From contig JAKSUA010000012.1 of assembly GCA_024409235.1 (NCBI GenBank), positions 918 through 64,917 on the forward strand: 64,000 bases of DNA, given 5' to 3'. Source of the DNA: Bacteroidales bacterium (GTDB lineage: Bacteria; Bacteroidota; Bacteroidia; Bacteroidales; UBA1715). Below the pieces are notes generated by a model, which did not search any database, was not told where the DNA came from, and saw nothing but the letters and a program-made list of their open reading frames with translations. A program made the position numbers and the translations under genes. This document shows positions 27,587 through 38,859 of this stretch, one piece after another (position 1 is the stretch's first letter; the number at the start of each line of letters is the position of its first letter).

Positions 27587-29626
27587 ATGCAGTTAAATCA
27601 TATTTATAAGAGTTTTATAGGCCTGTGTTTATGTCTTGCCTGTTTCTCCTGTTCTTCTCATAAGAAAATGGTGAAAAAGGCTGAACTTGCATATTCTAAC
27701 GGTGAATATTTAAAGGCTGTCGAATTGTATGAACAGTTGGCGGAGGGGGAAGAATCTAAATATATAAAAAGTTCCTATCAATTTATAATTGCAGAGTGTT
27801 ATCGTCATTTGAATGATTCAAAAAAGGCTGAAATTGCTTATAAAAAGATTGCGAAACAAAAATCTTCAAAAGAAAAAATGGCCACATATTGGTATGGCTA
27901 TTATTTATTGAAATCGGAAAAGTATGACGAGGCAGAAAAATGTTTTAAGGCGTATAAAAAATCAACTCCACGTGATCATCGTGGTGCAAATGGCATAGAA
28001 TCCTGTTCTTTGGCTGTTGCTTATAAAGAAAAACCAACACGGTATGTTGTTGAAAATATCAAAGCTTTGAATACAAAGTATAATGATTTTGGGCCAATGT
28101 ATTCTGACAATAATTTTGATGCTATCTATTTTACGTCGTCAAGAATAGAGGAAGGGGTAAAACCACAGATAAATCAAGTGTCGGGAATGAATTATACTGA
28201 TATCTACGAGGCTCGCTATGATCGTAAAGGGAAATGGCAGGCACCGGAAAAAATCCTTGACTCTACGGTTAATTGTGAGTTTGATGATGGAAATGTGTCT
28301 ATTTCGTCTGATGGTTTTACAATGTATTTTACTCGCTGTCTGCAAGAGTTGGGAAAGAATCTTGGATGTCAGATTTATACAAATACATACAGAAATGGAG
28401 CGTGGCATTCTACTCAGTTAGTGGAAATTGTTCCTGATTCAATTTCTATAGGTCAACCTGCAATTTCTCCAGATGGCTTGACATTGTATTTTTCTTCCCG
28501 AATGAAAGGTGGACATGGTGGATCGGATATATGGAAAGTGGAAAGGGCCTCGGAAAATGGAATGTGGGGAAGACCGGTGAATTTGGGGGCAAGTATAAAT
28601 ACAGAAGGCGATGAAATGTTTCCTTATGTACGTCAGGACGGAACTTTGTATTTTGCTTCTGATGGTTTACCTGGCATGGGCGGTTTGGATATTTTTAGAG
28701 CTGTAAAAAATGACGACGGTAAGTGGACTGTTGTAAATATGCAGTATCCAATAAATTCTTCTCAGGATGATTTTGGAATAGTATTTCAAGGTAACAAGGA
28801 AATTGGGTTGCTGACATCAAATAGAAAAGGAACAAGAGGGTTGGAGGATATTTATTCTTTTGAATTACCGGAACTAAAACTTGCAGTAGAAGGTACTATG
28901 ATAGATGTTTCTATCAATAAACCGATTGTCGAAGGTGATGTTACTTTGATAGGTAGTGACGGCTCCTTACAGACAGCAAAAACGAAACAGGACGGAACGT
29001 ATCTTTTTAAGTTAGAACAATATGTTGATTATATAATCATTGGTTCTTTTGATGGTTTCTTGAAGAAAAAAGTTAAGATTTCCACGGCAAACATTAGTGA
29101 TGATACGACTTTTAGTCAGAATCTTGATTTGATAACTATGAGCAAGCCTGTCGAAATTCCTAATATTTATTATGATGCGGGAAAATGGACGTTAAATGAT
29201 GCTTCAAAAGCAGCATTGGAACAATTAGGAAAATTATTGGAGGATAATCCAAATATTACAATTGAATTGGGAGCGCACACTGATATGGTAGGTGATGCAA
29301 ATGTGAATCTTCAGCTGTCAAAACGAAGGGCACAGGCAGTTGTAGATTATCTTGCTCAAAAAGGCTATGATGTTGACCGTCTAGTAGCGCAAGGTTATGG
29401 TGAATCGAAACCGGTGGTTGTTACAGAAGAGATCGCTAAGTTGGATTCTGCATTTGTTGTTGGAATGGAGTTGTCTCAGGAATTTCTGGAAAAACAGCCT
29501 CGTGAAGTTCGCGAAAAAGCAAATCAAATTAACCGACGTACAGAATTACGTATTCTATCAACAGACTATATTCCTAAGCCAGAATATTTTATGCGTCAGA
29601 AGAATAATTCTAGGAAAGGAAAATAA
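27587..29626 (+). CDS. PorE-like lipoprotein (TPR, PD40, carboxypeptidase-regulatory-like, OmpA domains)
   Basis: Lipobox CFSC; PD40 repeats (GGSDIW, GMGGLDIF); OmpA motifs HTD, LSKRRA, NRRTE. Confidence 0.88.
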   Translation: MQLNHIYKSFIGLCLCLACFSCSSHKKMVKKAELAYSNGEYLKAVELYEQLAEGEESKYIKSSYQFIIAECYRHLNDSKKAEIAYKKIAKQKSSKEKMATYWYGYYLLKSEKYDEAEKCFKAYKKSTPRDHRGANGIESCSLAVAYKEKPTRYVVENIKALNTKYNDFGPMYSDNNFDAIYFTSSRIEEGVKPQINQVSGMNYTDIYEARYDRKGKWQAPEKILDSTVNCEFDDGNVSISSDGFTMYFTRCLQELGKNLGCQIYTNTYRNGAWHSTQLVEIVPDSISIGQPAISPDGLTLYFSSRMKGGHGGSDIWKVERASENGMWGRPVNLGASINTEGDEMFPYVRQDGTLYFASDGLPGMGGLDIFRAVKNDDGKWTVVNMQYPINSSQDDFGIVFQGNKEIGLLTSNRKGTRGLEDIYSFELPELKLAVEGTMIDVSINKPIVEGDVTLIGSDGSLQTAKTKQDGTYLFKLEQYVDYIIIGSFDGFLKKKVKISTANISDDTTFSQNLDLITMSKPVEIPNIYYDAGKWTLNDASKAALEQLGKLLEDNPNITIELGAHTDMVGDANVNLQLSKRRAQAVVDYLAQKGYDVDRLVAQGYGESKPVVVTEEIAKLDSAFVVGMELSQEFLEKQPREVREKANQINRRTELRILSTDYIPKPEYFMRQKNNSRKGK

Positions 29627-29642
29627 GGATAACAAATTCTTT

Positions 29643-30662
29643 TTATTCTCTGTGAAAATCCAGTTTTGCTTTGTCTAATACTGCGATTATTTTGTCACAC
29701 CAAACATCAAACTCTTTATCCTGAATTTGGCATTCTTTGTGAGAAAGCATATATTTAACAGTTTCTTTAATTGCTTCGTCAAATCGTCTTGTTGGTACAA
29801 AATCAGGTACTAATCGTTTAAGTTTAGTATTGTCGAAAACTACAGAATTTGCTTTGTCTCCAATTAGGCTGCCTTTAAAATCATAGTTGCTGCATTCTAC
29901 AAGAAAATCAGATGAAACATGGACTGCATGTAATGTCACGCCTAAAGCATCTGCTATACATTGGTAGATTTGATTCCAGGTAAGTGATTCGTCACTTGTT
30001 ATTTGCACCGATTCTCCTATTGCATGAATGTTTCCTAATAATCCTACAAATGCTTTTGCAAAATCGCTGTTGTGTGTCATTGTCCATAAAGAAGTTCCAT
30101 CACCATGTATGATGACTGGCTTTCCTTCCAACATTCTTTGTAATACTTGCCAGCTTCCTTTTGTACCATGAACTCCAAGAGGTACAGAACGTTCATCGTA
30201 TGTGTGGCTTGGTCGAACAATTGTTATAGGGAAACCGTTCTCTCTATATTTTTTAATAAGGAATTCTTCACAGGCAATTTTATTTCTGGAATATTCCCAA
30301 AATGGATTCGAAAGTGGGGTACTTTCTGTTATTATATAGTCGGAAAGTGGTTTTTGATATGCCGAAGCAGAACTTATGAAAATATATTGTTTTGTCTTTC
30401 CGTAGAAAAGCCTATAATCTCTTTCTACTTGAGCTGGAACAAAGGCAAAGAAGTTTACAACAACATCAAAAGACAGATTTTTGATGCAGGTTTCCATTGC
30501 TTGCTCGTCATTTTGGTCACATGTAAGCCAAGTAATTCCTTGTGGGAAATCATTTTTTCTATTTCCGCGGTTTAGCAGATAAAGATTGTGTTTTTGCTCT
30601 AGTAAAAGTCTTGTGATGGCAGAACTAATCGTTCCGGTTCCTCCAATAAGTAGTATGTTCAA
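29643..30662 (-). CDS. NAD-dependent epimerase/extended SDR oxidoreductase
   Basis: GGTGTIS, YSRNK. Confidence 0.9.
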   Translation of the reverse strand: MNILLIGGTGTISSAITRLLLEQKHNLYLLNRGNRKNDFPQGITWLTCDQNDEQAMETCIKNLSFDVVVNFFAFVPAQVERDYRLFYGKTKQYIFISSASAYQKPLSDYIITESTPLSNPFWEYSRNKIACEEFLIKKYRENGFPITIVRPSHTYDERSVPLGVHGTKGSWQVLQRMLEGKPVIIHGDGTSLWTMTHNSDFAKAFVGLLGNIHAIGESVQITSDESLTWNQIYQCIADALGVTLHAVHVSSDFLVECSNYDFKGSLIGDKANSVVFDNTKLKRLVPDFVPTRRFDEAIKETVKYMLSHKECQIQDKEFDVWCDKIIAVLDKAKLDFHRE

Positions 30663-30716
30663 GTTATTTAGTATTAGTGGTTATATATTGTAAAGATATT
30701 TGTTTTGTATGATATT

Positions 30717-31256
30717 CTAATCTAGATATAATTCTGTACTTACGACTTCGTCCATACGAATATCCCATGGAGCACAGTCTATTTTAGGAACAATTTGCCA
30801 AGGGAAGCATATTCCCATTTTATGGCAATCTGTTTGTGGAAGAAATCTATCGTAGAATCCTTTCCCACGTCCCATTCTTCCCCCGTCTTTGTCAAATGCA
30901 AGACCGGGAATGATGCAAAGATCTATTTTTTTGTAGTTTGTGAAGATTGTACCTGTTGGTTCGCTAATACCAAATTCTCCTACAACCATATTTGATATAT
31001 CTGTGAATTGGTATAGTTCTAATTTCTCTCCAACAACTTTAGGCAAAAGAATAGTTTTTTCTTGAGCCCATTTTTGAATAATGTCGTGTGTGTTGACTTC
31101 GTCAGGCAATGACCAAAACCAAAGTATGATGTTTGATTTCTGAAAGAATTCGTTTTTTTCAATTTCTTTACAGATTTCAATAGAGTACTTTTCAAGTTCT
31201 TTTGCAGTTTTGCTTCTTGTAAGTGAAAGCATTGCTTTGCGTATGGTCATTTTCAT
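30717..31256 (-). CDS. 5-formyltetrahydrofolate cyclo-ligase
   Basis: PGLAFD..GGRMGRGKGFYDRFL, WDIRMD. Confidence 0.93.
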   Translation of the reverse strand: MKMTIRKAMLSLTRSKTAKELEKYSIEICKEIEKNEFFQKSNIILWFWSLPDEVNTHDIIQKWAQEKTILLPKVVGEKLELYQFTDISNMVVGEFGISEPTGTIFTNYKKIDLCIIPGLAFDKDGGRMGRGKGFYDRFLPQTDCHKMGICFPWQIVPKIDCAPWDIRMDEVVSTELYLD

Positions 31257-31308
31257 AGTGGTAGTATTTTATAAAAAAAGAGACGCCGGAAAGCGTCTCT
31301 CGGTATGA

Positions 31309-32262
31309 TTATAGAGTTTTTAAATAAGACTCAACATTCTTTCGGATTCTTTCGGCAATATCCGTGTCGGTTCCACGGTTTTTAACAAACGTGTCACCTG
31401 TAATATGCTCAAATAATTCAATATAACGATCGCTGATAGATGTAACGATTTGTGTAGTCATTTCGGGAACTTGTTGTCCTTCTTTTCCTTGGAAACCATT
31501 TTCCATTAACCATTCGCGTACGAATTCTTTTGAAAGTTGTTTTTGAGCTTCGCCTTTTTCAAAACGTTCAGCATATCCATCAGCATAGAAATAACGAGAA
31601 GAATCAGGAGTGTGAATTTCGTCAATTAGATAGATTTTTCCATCTTTTTTACCAAATTCATATTTTGTATCAACTAAGATAAGGCCGCGTTTTGCAGCAA
31701 TTTCTGTTCCTCTGTTGAATAATGCCAATGTATATTTTTCTAGGATTTCATAATCTTCTTTAGAAACAAGTCCACGACTTAGTATTTCTTCTTTTGAAAT
31801 ATCTTGATCGTGTTCTCCGATTTCAGCTTTTGTTGTTGGAGTGATGATAGGAGTAGGAAATTTTTGGTTTTCCTTCATTCCTTCAGGAAGTTTAATGCCG
31901 CATAATTCACGTGCACCAGCTTTGTATGCTCTCCAAGCACTACCACATAGATATGCACGTACGATCATTTCTACAGGAAAACCTTCACATTTCAAACCAA
32001 CAGTTACCATTGGATCTGGGTTTGCAAGTTTCCAGTTTGGACAAATATCTTTTGTTTCGTCAAGGAATTTAGAAGCAATTTGATTCAACATTTGTCCTTT
32101 GTAAGGAATACCTTTTGGAAGGATAACATCGAAAGCCGAAATACGGTCTGTTGCAACCATTACAAGAATATCGTTGTTGATGCTGTACACATCACGAACT
32201 TTTCCGTTGTAAACGTTAGTTTGACCAGGAAAATTAAAACTAGTTTTTGTTAATGCATCCAT
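31309..32262 (-). CDS. purC: SAICAR synthase
   Basis: [34 protein letters not shown]. Confidence 0.96.
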   Translation of the reverse strand: MDALTKTSFNFPGQTNVYNGKVRDVYSINNDILVMVATDRISAFDVILPKGIPYKGQMLNQIASKFLDETKDICPNWKLANPDPMVTVGLKCEGFPVEMIVRAYLCGSAWRAYKAGARELCGIKLPEGMKENQKFPTPIITPTTKAEIGEHDQDISKEEILSRGLVSKEDYEILEKYTLALFNRGTEIAAKRGLILVDTKYEFGKKDGKIYLIDEIHTPDSSRYFYADGYAERFEKGEAQKQLSKEFVREWLMENGFQGKEGQQVPEMTTQIVTSISDRYIELFEHITGDTFVKNRGTDTDIAERIRKNVESYLKTL

Positions 32263-32273
32263 TATAATAAAAT

Positions 32274-33230
32274 TTATATTTTTTGTTCTTTTTCAAAGGC
32301 GGCAATAATGGTCGAAACCAATCTATGACGCACAATATCTTTTTCGTTAAAGTGAATAGTTCCAATACCTTTTTTCTTTTCAAGCATTGCTATTGCTCGT
32401 TCTAAACCAGACTTGCTTTTGTCTGGAAGGTCGATTTGGGTGATATCGCCTGTAACGATGAATTTTGCATGTTCGCCCATACGGGTAAGGAACATTTTTA
32501 ATTGATTTAATGTCGCGTTTTGTGCTTCATCAAGAATTACAAAGGCGTTATTTAATGTTCTTCCTCGCATGTAAGCTAAAGGTGCTATTTGAATAACATT
32601 TGTATCAATAAGCTCTTGTAATTTTCTTGGCTGTAGCATGTCCTGCAACGCGTCGTAAAGTGGTTGCAGATAAGGATTCAATTTTTCTCGTAGGTCACCA
32701 GGAAGAAAACCTAATTTTTCTTCGGCTTCAACAGCGGGACGACAAAGAATTATTCTTTGTACTGCTTTATCTTTTAGAGCTTTCACAGCTAAAGCAACGG
32801 CTGTATAAGTTTTACCTGTACCTGCTGGACCAACAGCAAACAATAAATCATTTTCTACGCAAAGCGTAACCATTTTCTTTTGGTTCGTTGTGCGGGCTTT
32901 TATAGGTTTCCCGTCGCTTCCGTAAAATAATATTTCGTTGTTAGGGTTCTCGTTTCCATAAAGGCATTCATTTGTTTCGTAACAAGATAGTATATCTTGA
33001 ATTTGTTGTTTTGAAATTCCATGATACCGTTGGGTATGGGTTAAAATTTTATGGAATTGTCTCTCAAAATTGTCGATTTCCTTTTGACTGCCAATTAAAT
33101 GGATTTCATTTCCTCTTGCAATTAGTTTAAGTTTTGGAAAGAATTTCTTGATGACTTCAAATTTATCATTTTGTATCCCAAAAATATCTATTGGGTCAAC
33201 AGTGTCTAAATATAAAATTTGTTCAGTCAT
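32274..33230 (-). CDS. phoH: PhoH family protein
   Basis: [34 protein letters not shown]. Confidence 0.95.
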   Translation of the reverse strand: MTEQILYLDTVDPIDIFGIQNDKFEVIKKFFPKLKLIARGNEIHLIGSQKEIDNFERQFHKILTHTQRYHGISKQQIQDILSCYETNECLYGNENPNNEILFYGSDGKPIKARTTNQKKMVTLCVENDLLFAVGPAGTGKTYTAVALAVKALKDKAVQRIILCRPAVEAEEKLGFLPGDLREKLNPYLQPLYDALQDMLQPRKLQELIDTNVIQIAPLAYMRGRTLNNAFVILDEAQNATLNQLKMFLTRMGEHAKFIVTGDITQIDLPDKSKSGLERAIAMLEKKKGIGTIHFNEKDIVRHRLVSTIIAAFEKEQKI

Positions 33231-33314
33231 TTTGATTGCAAGAATTTTGTTATATCTTTGGAAACAAATGTACTAATTTATTTTTTTTCTTTTTGCTGAT
33301 TAACGTTAAAAAGT

Positions 33315-34136
33315 ATGGTTACTGTTTCTCTCACTACAGATTGGGGTAAAACTGGTTTATATACTGGTGTTTTTAAGGCTAAATTAGTGCAGAAATTACC
33401 TGGAGTTCAGATTGTTGATATTTCTCATGAAATAGATCCTTTTAAAGTTGAGTCTGCAGTATTTTCTTTAAAAAACGCTATACCTTATTTCTCTCCGAAA
33501 ACAATTCATGTGGTAAGTGTAGCAGCAAAGAATCTCGGAAGAAATGCTCATAAAAATAGAGAGTTTATTTGTTTTCAGCATAACTATCAGTACTTTATTG
33601 GACCTAATAATGGTTTATGGGAATTGTTGTTTGAAAAACCGATAACGGATGTTTTTAAAATTGAATTACCTCAAAAACGATTATATTCTGACAGTTTTGT
33701 TGAGTCAGACATTTTTGTGGATGTAATCAGTAAATTAGCTTTAGGTACAGGTCCGGATCGTATAGGTGAAAGAACTGAATTTTTTAGAGGGCAGATTTTT
33801 GGAAAACCGGAAATAGGGCCTGATGAGATAAAAGGTGCGATTATGTATTTTGATGTATATGGTAATGGTGTATCGAATGTGTCAAAAGCAAAGTTTGAAG
33901 AAATTAGAAAGGGACGTGCTTTTTCAATAACCATTGGTCGTGCTTCTATAACTACAGATGAAATTTCTCAAGATTATATACCAACGAAACATCCTATAAT
34001 TGCTTTGTTTAATTCGGCGGGATTGTTGGAACTTGCGATGCCGTTTATGTCGTTACAAAGCTTTTTAAATATTGAATCACAAACAGGTTTTTGGATTCGT
34101 TTTTTTGAAACAGAAGAAGCTTTCGAATTAAAATAA
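33315..34136 (+). CDS. SAM hydroxide adenosyltransferase/halogenase (DUF62) family protein, divergent
   Basis: LTTDWG, VDISHEI, GPNNG, DVYGN, FNSAGLLELA. Confidence 0.82.
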   Translation: MVTVSLTTDWGKTGLYTGVFKAKLVQKLPGVQIVDISHEIDPFKVESAVFSLKNAIPYFSPKTIHVVSVAAKNLGRNAHKNREFICFQHNYQYFIGPNNGLWELLFEKPITDVFKIELPQKRLYSDSFVESDIFVDVISKLALGTGPDRIGERTEFFRGQIFGKPEIGPDEIKGAIMYFDVYGNGVSNVSKAKFEEIRKGRAFSITIGRASITTDEISQDYIPTKHPIIALFNSAGLLELAMPFMSLQSFLNIESQTGFWIRFFETEEAFELK

Positions 34137-34178
34137 AAATCCCGAAAGTTTCTGTACTTCCGGGACTTTGCTTTTTAT

Positions 34179-34775
34179 CTAGTTCTTTCTAGTTGCTGGT
34201 GTACTACGTGGTGTAGCTTGTTGACCAGGTGATTTAGTTTCTGTGTTGTTTGTTTTACGAACATCTGTTGTGCCATTTGTTCCTGCTTTTTCTCTGTGAG
34301 CTGTGTTTTGCTGTTTTGCAGGTTCAGCTTTTTGTGGTTTTGCAGGTGTAACGTTATGTTTGTCATTATGATTTGGTACAGAATGCTGTTCGTAGTGTTT
34401 TGGTGTAGCTTTTTGTGGAACATTAGAATGGTATGGATATGGGGTCACGTGAATTACTCTCGGATTCATATCCTTTGTTGTCGAAATGTATATTTTATTT
34501 TCGCCTGTAAAAGTTGCTGTTACTTTTGAATTTTTTTGAATCGTTATTTTACAATTATACAATAAATCAGGTCTTGCATTTTCTGTATAAATTTTCATGT
34601 TGTAAGTGCCTTTAGGTAAATTAGTGATATTTACTTGGCTTTTGTATGAATAATACTTCTGACCATTAATATATACTGAAAAAGGAACATCGATTTTACC
34701 TTTTACGATTAGTTCTGATGCAAATATTTGAACTGTGCTAAATACGATTGCTAAAATTGTCATTAAGCGTTTCAT
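34179..34775 (-). CDS. Secreted hypothetical protein with a small beta domain and low-complexity P/Q/T/K tail
   Basis: Signal peptide; FSVYINGQ...TNLPKGTY; disordered C-terminal half. Confidence 0.75.
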   Translation of the reverse strand: MKRLMTILAIVFSTVQIFASELIVKGKIDVPFSVYINGQKYYSYKSQVNITNLPKGTYNMKIYTENARPDLLYNCKITIQKNSKVTATFTGENKIYISTTKDMNPRVIHVTPYPYHSNVPQKATPKHYEQHSVPNHNDKHNVTPAKPQKAEPAKQQNTAHREKAGTNGTTDVRKTNNTETKSPGQQATPRSTPATRKN

Positions 34776-34818
34776 AACTATATCCTCCTATATTTAAAAT
34801 TTAACTTTGAATGAAGAT

Positions 34819-34836
34819 ATTCAAAACTTGTGCCAA
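34819..34836 (-). promoter_or_regulatory. Putative sigma-54 -24/-12 promoter
   Basis: TTGGCAC-AAGTT-TTGAA on the minus strand, 44 bp upstream of ATG 34775. Confidence 0.55.
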
Positions 34837-34930
34837 AAATTCCGAATGTTATTTATTTTATTGAAAATCATTCTATTACAAAATAAGAACGAGACGAATC
34901 TCATCCTTATTTGCTTTATAATTGTTGATA

Positions 34931-36100
34931 TTAATATTCAAATTTGCCAAACTCGCTTTCTATGATTAACTCTTTCTTGCTTGAGGCTTCAATATGACCG
35001 ACTATTTTTGCATCAATATCGAACGATTTTGAAATATCAATAACCTGTTGAGCATTTTCTGGTGAAACATAAACTTCAAGTCTGTGTCCCATATTAAATA
35101 CTTTGTACATTTCTTTCCAATCTGTTCCGCTTTGTTCGTGAATGGTTTTGAAAAGTGGAGGTACAGGAAACATGTTGTTTTTTACAACTTTTAAATTGTC
35201 TATAAAATGTAGGATTTTTGTTTGAGCTCCTCCGGAACAGTGTACCATACCATGAATTTGTGGACGCATTGCATCCAATAGCTTCTTTACAACAGGAGCG
35301 TATGTTCTTGTTGGTGATAAAACTAATTTTCCTGCATCAATAGGTGAGTCTTTTACTGTATCGGTTAACTTTAATTTCCCTGAATAAACCAAGTCTTCTG
35401 GAACTGCTGCGTCATAGCTTTCAGGATATTTTTTTGCTAAATATTTTCCGAATACGTCATGACGTGCGGAAGTTAAACCGTTACTTCCCATACCTCCGTT
35501 GTATTCTTTTTCGTATGTAGCTTTTCCGTATGAAGCAAGACCTACGATAACATCACCAGCTTTTATGTTTGCATTGTTTATCACGTCGCTTCTTTTCATG
35601 CGGCATGTAACAGTGCTGTCAACGATGATTGTTCGTACCAAGTCGCCCACATCAGCAGTTTCTCCTCCTGTTGCATATACACCAACTCCCATTTCTCGTA
35701 ATTCAGCAAGTAGCTCATCTGTACCATTTATTATTGCAGAAATCACTTCTCCTGGTACTAATAACTTATTTCTACCGATTGTTGAGGAAACAAGAATGTT
35801 ATCCACAGCTCCTACGCATAATAAATCGTCAATGTTCATTATAAGGGCATCTTGGGCAATACCTTTCCAAACAGATAAATCTCCCGTTTCTTTCCAATAT
35901 AAATATGCTAAAGAAGATTTTGTGCCGGCTCCATCTGCATGCATTATATTGCAGTAATCTGGATCACCGCCTAAAATGTCAGGAATAATTTTACAGAATG
36001 CTTGAGGATATAATCCCTTGTCAATGTTTTTAATAGCATTGTGAACGTCTTCTTTTCCTGCCGAAACGCCACGTTGCATATATCGCGATTCAACTGCCAT
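34931..36100 (-). CDS. purM: Phosphoribosylformylglycinamidine cyclo-ligase (AIR synthase, Bacteroidota type)
   Basis: RGVSAGKEDV, HADGAGTK, GGETADVG, GSNGLTSARH, HCSGG, VFNMG. Confidence 0.93.
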   Translation of the reverse strand: MAVESRYMQRGVSAGKEDVHNAIKNIDKGLYPQAFCKIIPDILGGDPDYCNIMHADGAGTKSSLAYLYWKETGDLSVWKGIAQDALIMNIDDLLCVGAVDNILVSSTIGRNKLLVPGEVISAIINGTDELLAELREMGVGVYATGGETADVGDLVRTIIVDSTVTCRMKRSDVINNANIKAGDVIVGLASYGKATYEKEYNGGMGSNGLTSARHDVFGKYLAKKYPESYDAAVPEDLVYSGKLKLTDTVKDSPIDAGKLVLSPTRTYAPVVKKLLDAMRPQIHGMVHCSGGAQTKILHFIDNLKVVKNNMFPVPPLFKTIHEQSGTDWKEMYKVFNMGHRLEVYVSPENAQQVIDISKSFDIDAKIVGHIEASSKKELIIESEFGKFEY

Positions 36101-36101
36101 A

Positions 36102-38090
36102 TTATTTATTGAAGTTTGTTGATGTAACTTTAAATTCTGTTCTTCTGTTTATCTGGTGACAAATTTCCTGTTGTTCGCTATTTAAGCTTTGTATAAACTC
36201 TGGGGTTAATTTGTCTCCAACGTTTAGAAATTTGTATAAGGATGCGGTTTTATGGTCAACTACTTTTGGTTGAGTGGCACCATATCCTTTTGCTGTTAGT
36301 CGATTTTTATCTATTCCTTTATTAATAAGGAAATTGACAACCGATTGTGCTCTGCGTTGAGAAAGTTCTTCGTTTGTCATTTTGTTGCCAACACGATAAT
36401 CTGTATGTGAACTTAGCTCTATTATAATGTGAGGGTTGTCAATCAGTGTTTCGTATAATTTATTTAGCGATACAATTGATTCTGGACGTAAATCCCAAAG
36501 ATTTACATCATATAAAACATTTTGTACCTCAATAGGAGAGTCTAATTGAGTCATATATAAATTAACGTCGAAGTTTTTGTCTTCTTTTCTTCCGTACGTT
36601 GAAATTTTATATTTACTATTTAAATATCCTTCATGGATGCTTAAAAGAACATAATTTGTTTGTGGATTTAAATCAAATTCATAATCTCCATTTTCGTTTG
36701 TTGTTGTTTCTATTGATGTACCGTCGCTGCCAATCAAACTGACAGTAGCGTTTGCAATAGGTTTTTCGGTTATTTCATCTAAAACTTGTCCTTTTACTTT
36801 GAAATGTAATTTTATGATAGAAAAATGATAGATGTCATCATATCCTTTTCCTCCTGGACGATTGGAACTGAAATAACCCTCTTCTAAAGAATCTCTGAAT
36901 GTTATTCCAAAATCATCAGAAGGTGAGTTTATTGGACTCATGAGATTTAATGTGTATGGTTTCCCTTTTGCATCATAGTTGACTCTGAAAATATCAAGTC
37001 CACCCATTCCAATGTGCCCATTAGATGAAAAATATAAAATGCTGTCTGCACTTCTATAGTAAGGGAATAATTCATCTCCATCTGTGTTGACTACTTCTCC
37101 TGCATTTTTAGGCTTACCCCATTTCTCTTTAGAGGATGCTCTTGTACAATACCAAATATCGTATCCTCCATATCCTCCAGGTCTGTTTGATGCAAAATAG
37201 ATTTTTAAACCATCTGCAGATACGCATGGATGAACGTAATCACTAGTATCATTTGGAATTTCTGATAAATCAAGAACGTTTGGTTTATCCCATGAAGAAC
37301 CGATTTTTGAAGACGACATTATCTTACATTGATAGTGATTGTCTCCATAATTGCATTGGGTATAGAAAATAAAATTGCCGTCTTTAGTAAGGCTTGGCGA
37401 ACCTTCTTCATTTGTCGTGTTTATTTGCTCTGAAATTGAATTTGGTGATAGCCAGAGTCCTTTTGAATCTTCTTTAGAGGAGAATATATCACAAAAATGC
37501 TGACCGCTTCCTCCATGAATTCTATCTCCGTTTGAATTTGTTCTTGAAGATGAAAAATAAATTAAGTTACTTTTTCCGTCATCCAAGAAAAAAGGAGAGA
37601 AGTCTGACGATTCGCTGTTGATATATGCAAGATTTGTGATTTTATAGTTTGTAGGATTTTTCAACCATTTTTTTGCAGTTCTGCATGATTCAACTCCTTT
37701 CTCTCCACGTTTGTCGGAGGGAACCAACTCATTATATTTATTGTAATAGGTAATTGCTTTGTCGAAATTCTGATTCATTCGCATAGCATCAGCACAATAT
37801 AAGTAAACAATAGGATCTTGATAATTGAGTTCTATTGCTTTATTTAACCATAATTGTGCATGTAATGGTTCTGAAATGTGACGATAACAATACCCGATTT
37901 TGTATGCAATAGTTGCTTTTAGAGGATCTTCGTTTTCTATTTGCGAGAATAAACTTTTATAATTATTTATTGCAAAAGTGTATTCGTTAGCTTTCAAAGC
38001 ATTGTCTGCTATTTTTTGTAATGTTCTTTGGCAGAAAACATTAGGAGAAAGAAATGCAATGAAAAAAATATATAATAAAAAACGTCTCAT
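36102..38090 (-). CDS. Second PorE-like TPR/PD40/OmpA protein
   Basis: TPR N-terminus; GGYGGYDIW, GMGGLDIF; SHTD, LSQRRAQSV, NRRTEF. Confidence 0.88.
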   Translation of the reverse strand: MRRFLLYIFFIAFLSPNVFCQRTLQKIADNALKANEYTFAINNYKSLFSQIENEDPLKATIAYKIGYCYRHISEPLHAQLWLNKAIELNYQDPIVYLYCADAMRMNQNFDKAITYYNKYNELVPSDKRGEKGVESCRTAKKWLKNPTNYKITNLAYINSESSDFSPFFLDDGKSNLIYFSSSRTNSNGDRIHGGSGQHFCDIFSSKEDSKGLWLSPNSISEQINTTNEEGSPSLTKDGNFIFYTQCNYGDNHYQCKIMSSSKIGSSWDKPNVLDLSEIPNDTSDYVHPCVSADGLKIYFASNRPGGYGGYDIWYCTRASSKEKWGKPKNAGEVVNTDGDELFPYYRSADSILYFSSNGHIGMGGLDIFRVNYDAKGKPYTLNLMSPINSPSDDFGITFRDSLEEGYFSSNRPGGKGYDDIYHFSIIKLHFKVKGQVLDEITEKPIANATVSLIGSDGTSIETTTNENGDYEFDLNPQTNYVLLSIHEGYLNSKYKISTYGRKEDKNFDVNLYMTQLDSPIEVQNVLYDVNLWDLRPESIVSLNKLYETLIDNPHIIIELSSHTDYRVGNKMTNEELSQRRAQSVVNFLINKGIDKNRLTAKGYGATQPKVVDHKTASLYKFLNVGDKLTPEFIQSLNSEQQEICHQINRRTEFKVTSTNFNK

Positions 38091-38162
38091 CCGTAAAATT
38101 ATATCTTTTCAAAGATACATTATAAATTGAAAAAAACAAAGGAGATTTTTAATCTCCCTTGC

Positions 38163-38762
38163 TTAGTTGATTGCAATAAGTTCAACTTCGAAAATTAATG
38201 TCATATGTGGCTCGATAACTCCACCAGGTGCATTTGCTCCATAAGCTAAATCTGATGGAATAAATAATTTCCATTTTGAACCGACAGGCATTAATTGTAG
38301 AGCTTCTACCCATCCTTGAATGACGCCATTAACAGGGAAGGATGCTGGCTGGTTGCGTTGAACAGAGCTGTCAAATACAGTTCCGTTGATTAATGTTCCG
38401 TGATAGTGAGTTGTTACTGTATCAGTTGCTTTTGGTTTAGGACCATTTCCTTCTTTTAGAATTTCATATTGTAAACCACTTGGAAGTGTTGTTACGCCAG
38501 GACGTTTTGCGTTTTCTTCTAAAAAGTTTTTTCCTTCTGTTATGTTTTTCTCAAATTTCTTTGCGTTGGCATTACTCAAAAATTCTTGAATAGTTGTGTA
38601 AGCTTCTTGTAAAGATACTTCTAATGTGTTTCCGCTCATTATGTCTGATAAACCTTTTGCAAACATTTCTGGATTAATTTCTGAAACACCTTCTGCTTTT
38701 AGGCTTGTTCCTATGTTCATGCCTAAGCAGTAACTTGCTTTTTCTAAATCTGTTTTTATCAT
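38163..38762 (-). CDS. fklB: FKBP-type peptidyl-prolyl isomerase (FklB-like)
   Basis: SYCLG, LPSGLQY, HYHGTL, FDSS, VIQGW, LIFEVEL. Confidence 0.9.
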   Translation of the reverse strand: MIKTDLEKASYCLGMNIGTSLKAEGVSEINPEMFAKGLSDIMSGNTLEVSLQEAYTTIQEFLSNANAKKFEKNITEGKNFLEENAKRPGVTTLPSGLQYEILKEGNGPKPKATDTVTTHYHGTLINGTVFDSSVQRNQPASFPVNGVIQGWVEALQLMPVGSKWKLFIPSDLAYGANAPGGVIEPHMTLIFEVELIAIN

Positions 38763-38859
38763 CTTTAAAATATTTTTTACAAAAGTAGTGTTTTTGCGTG
38801 AAGAAAATACAAACTTGAACTTTGTTTGTTTTTTTCTTATTTTTGCACAAATTATAACT

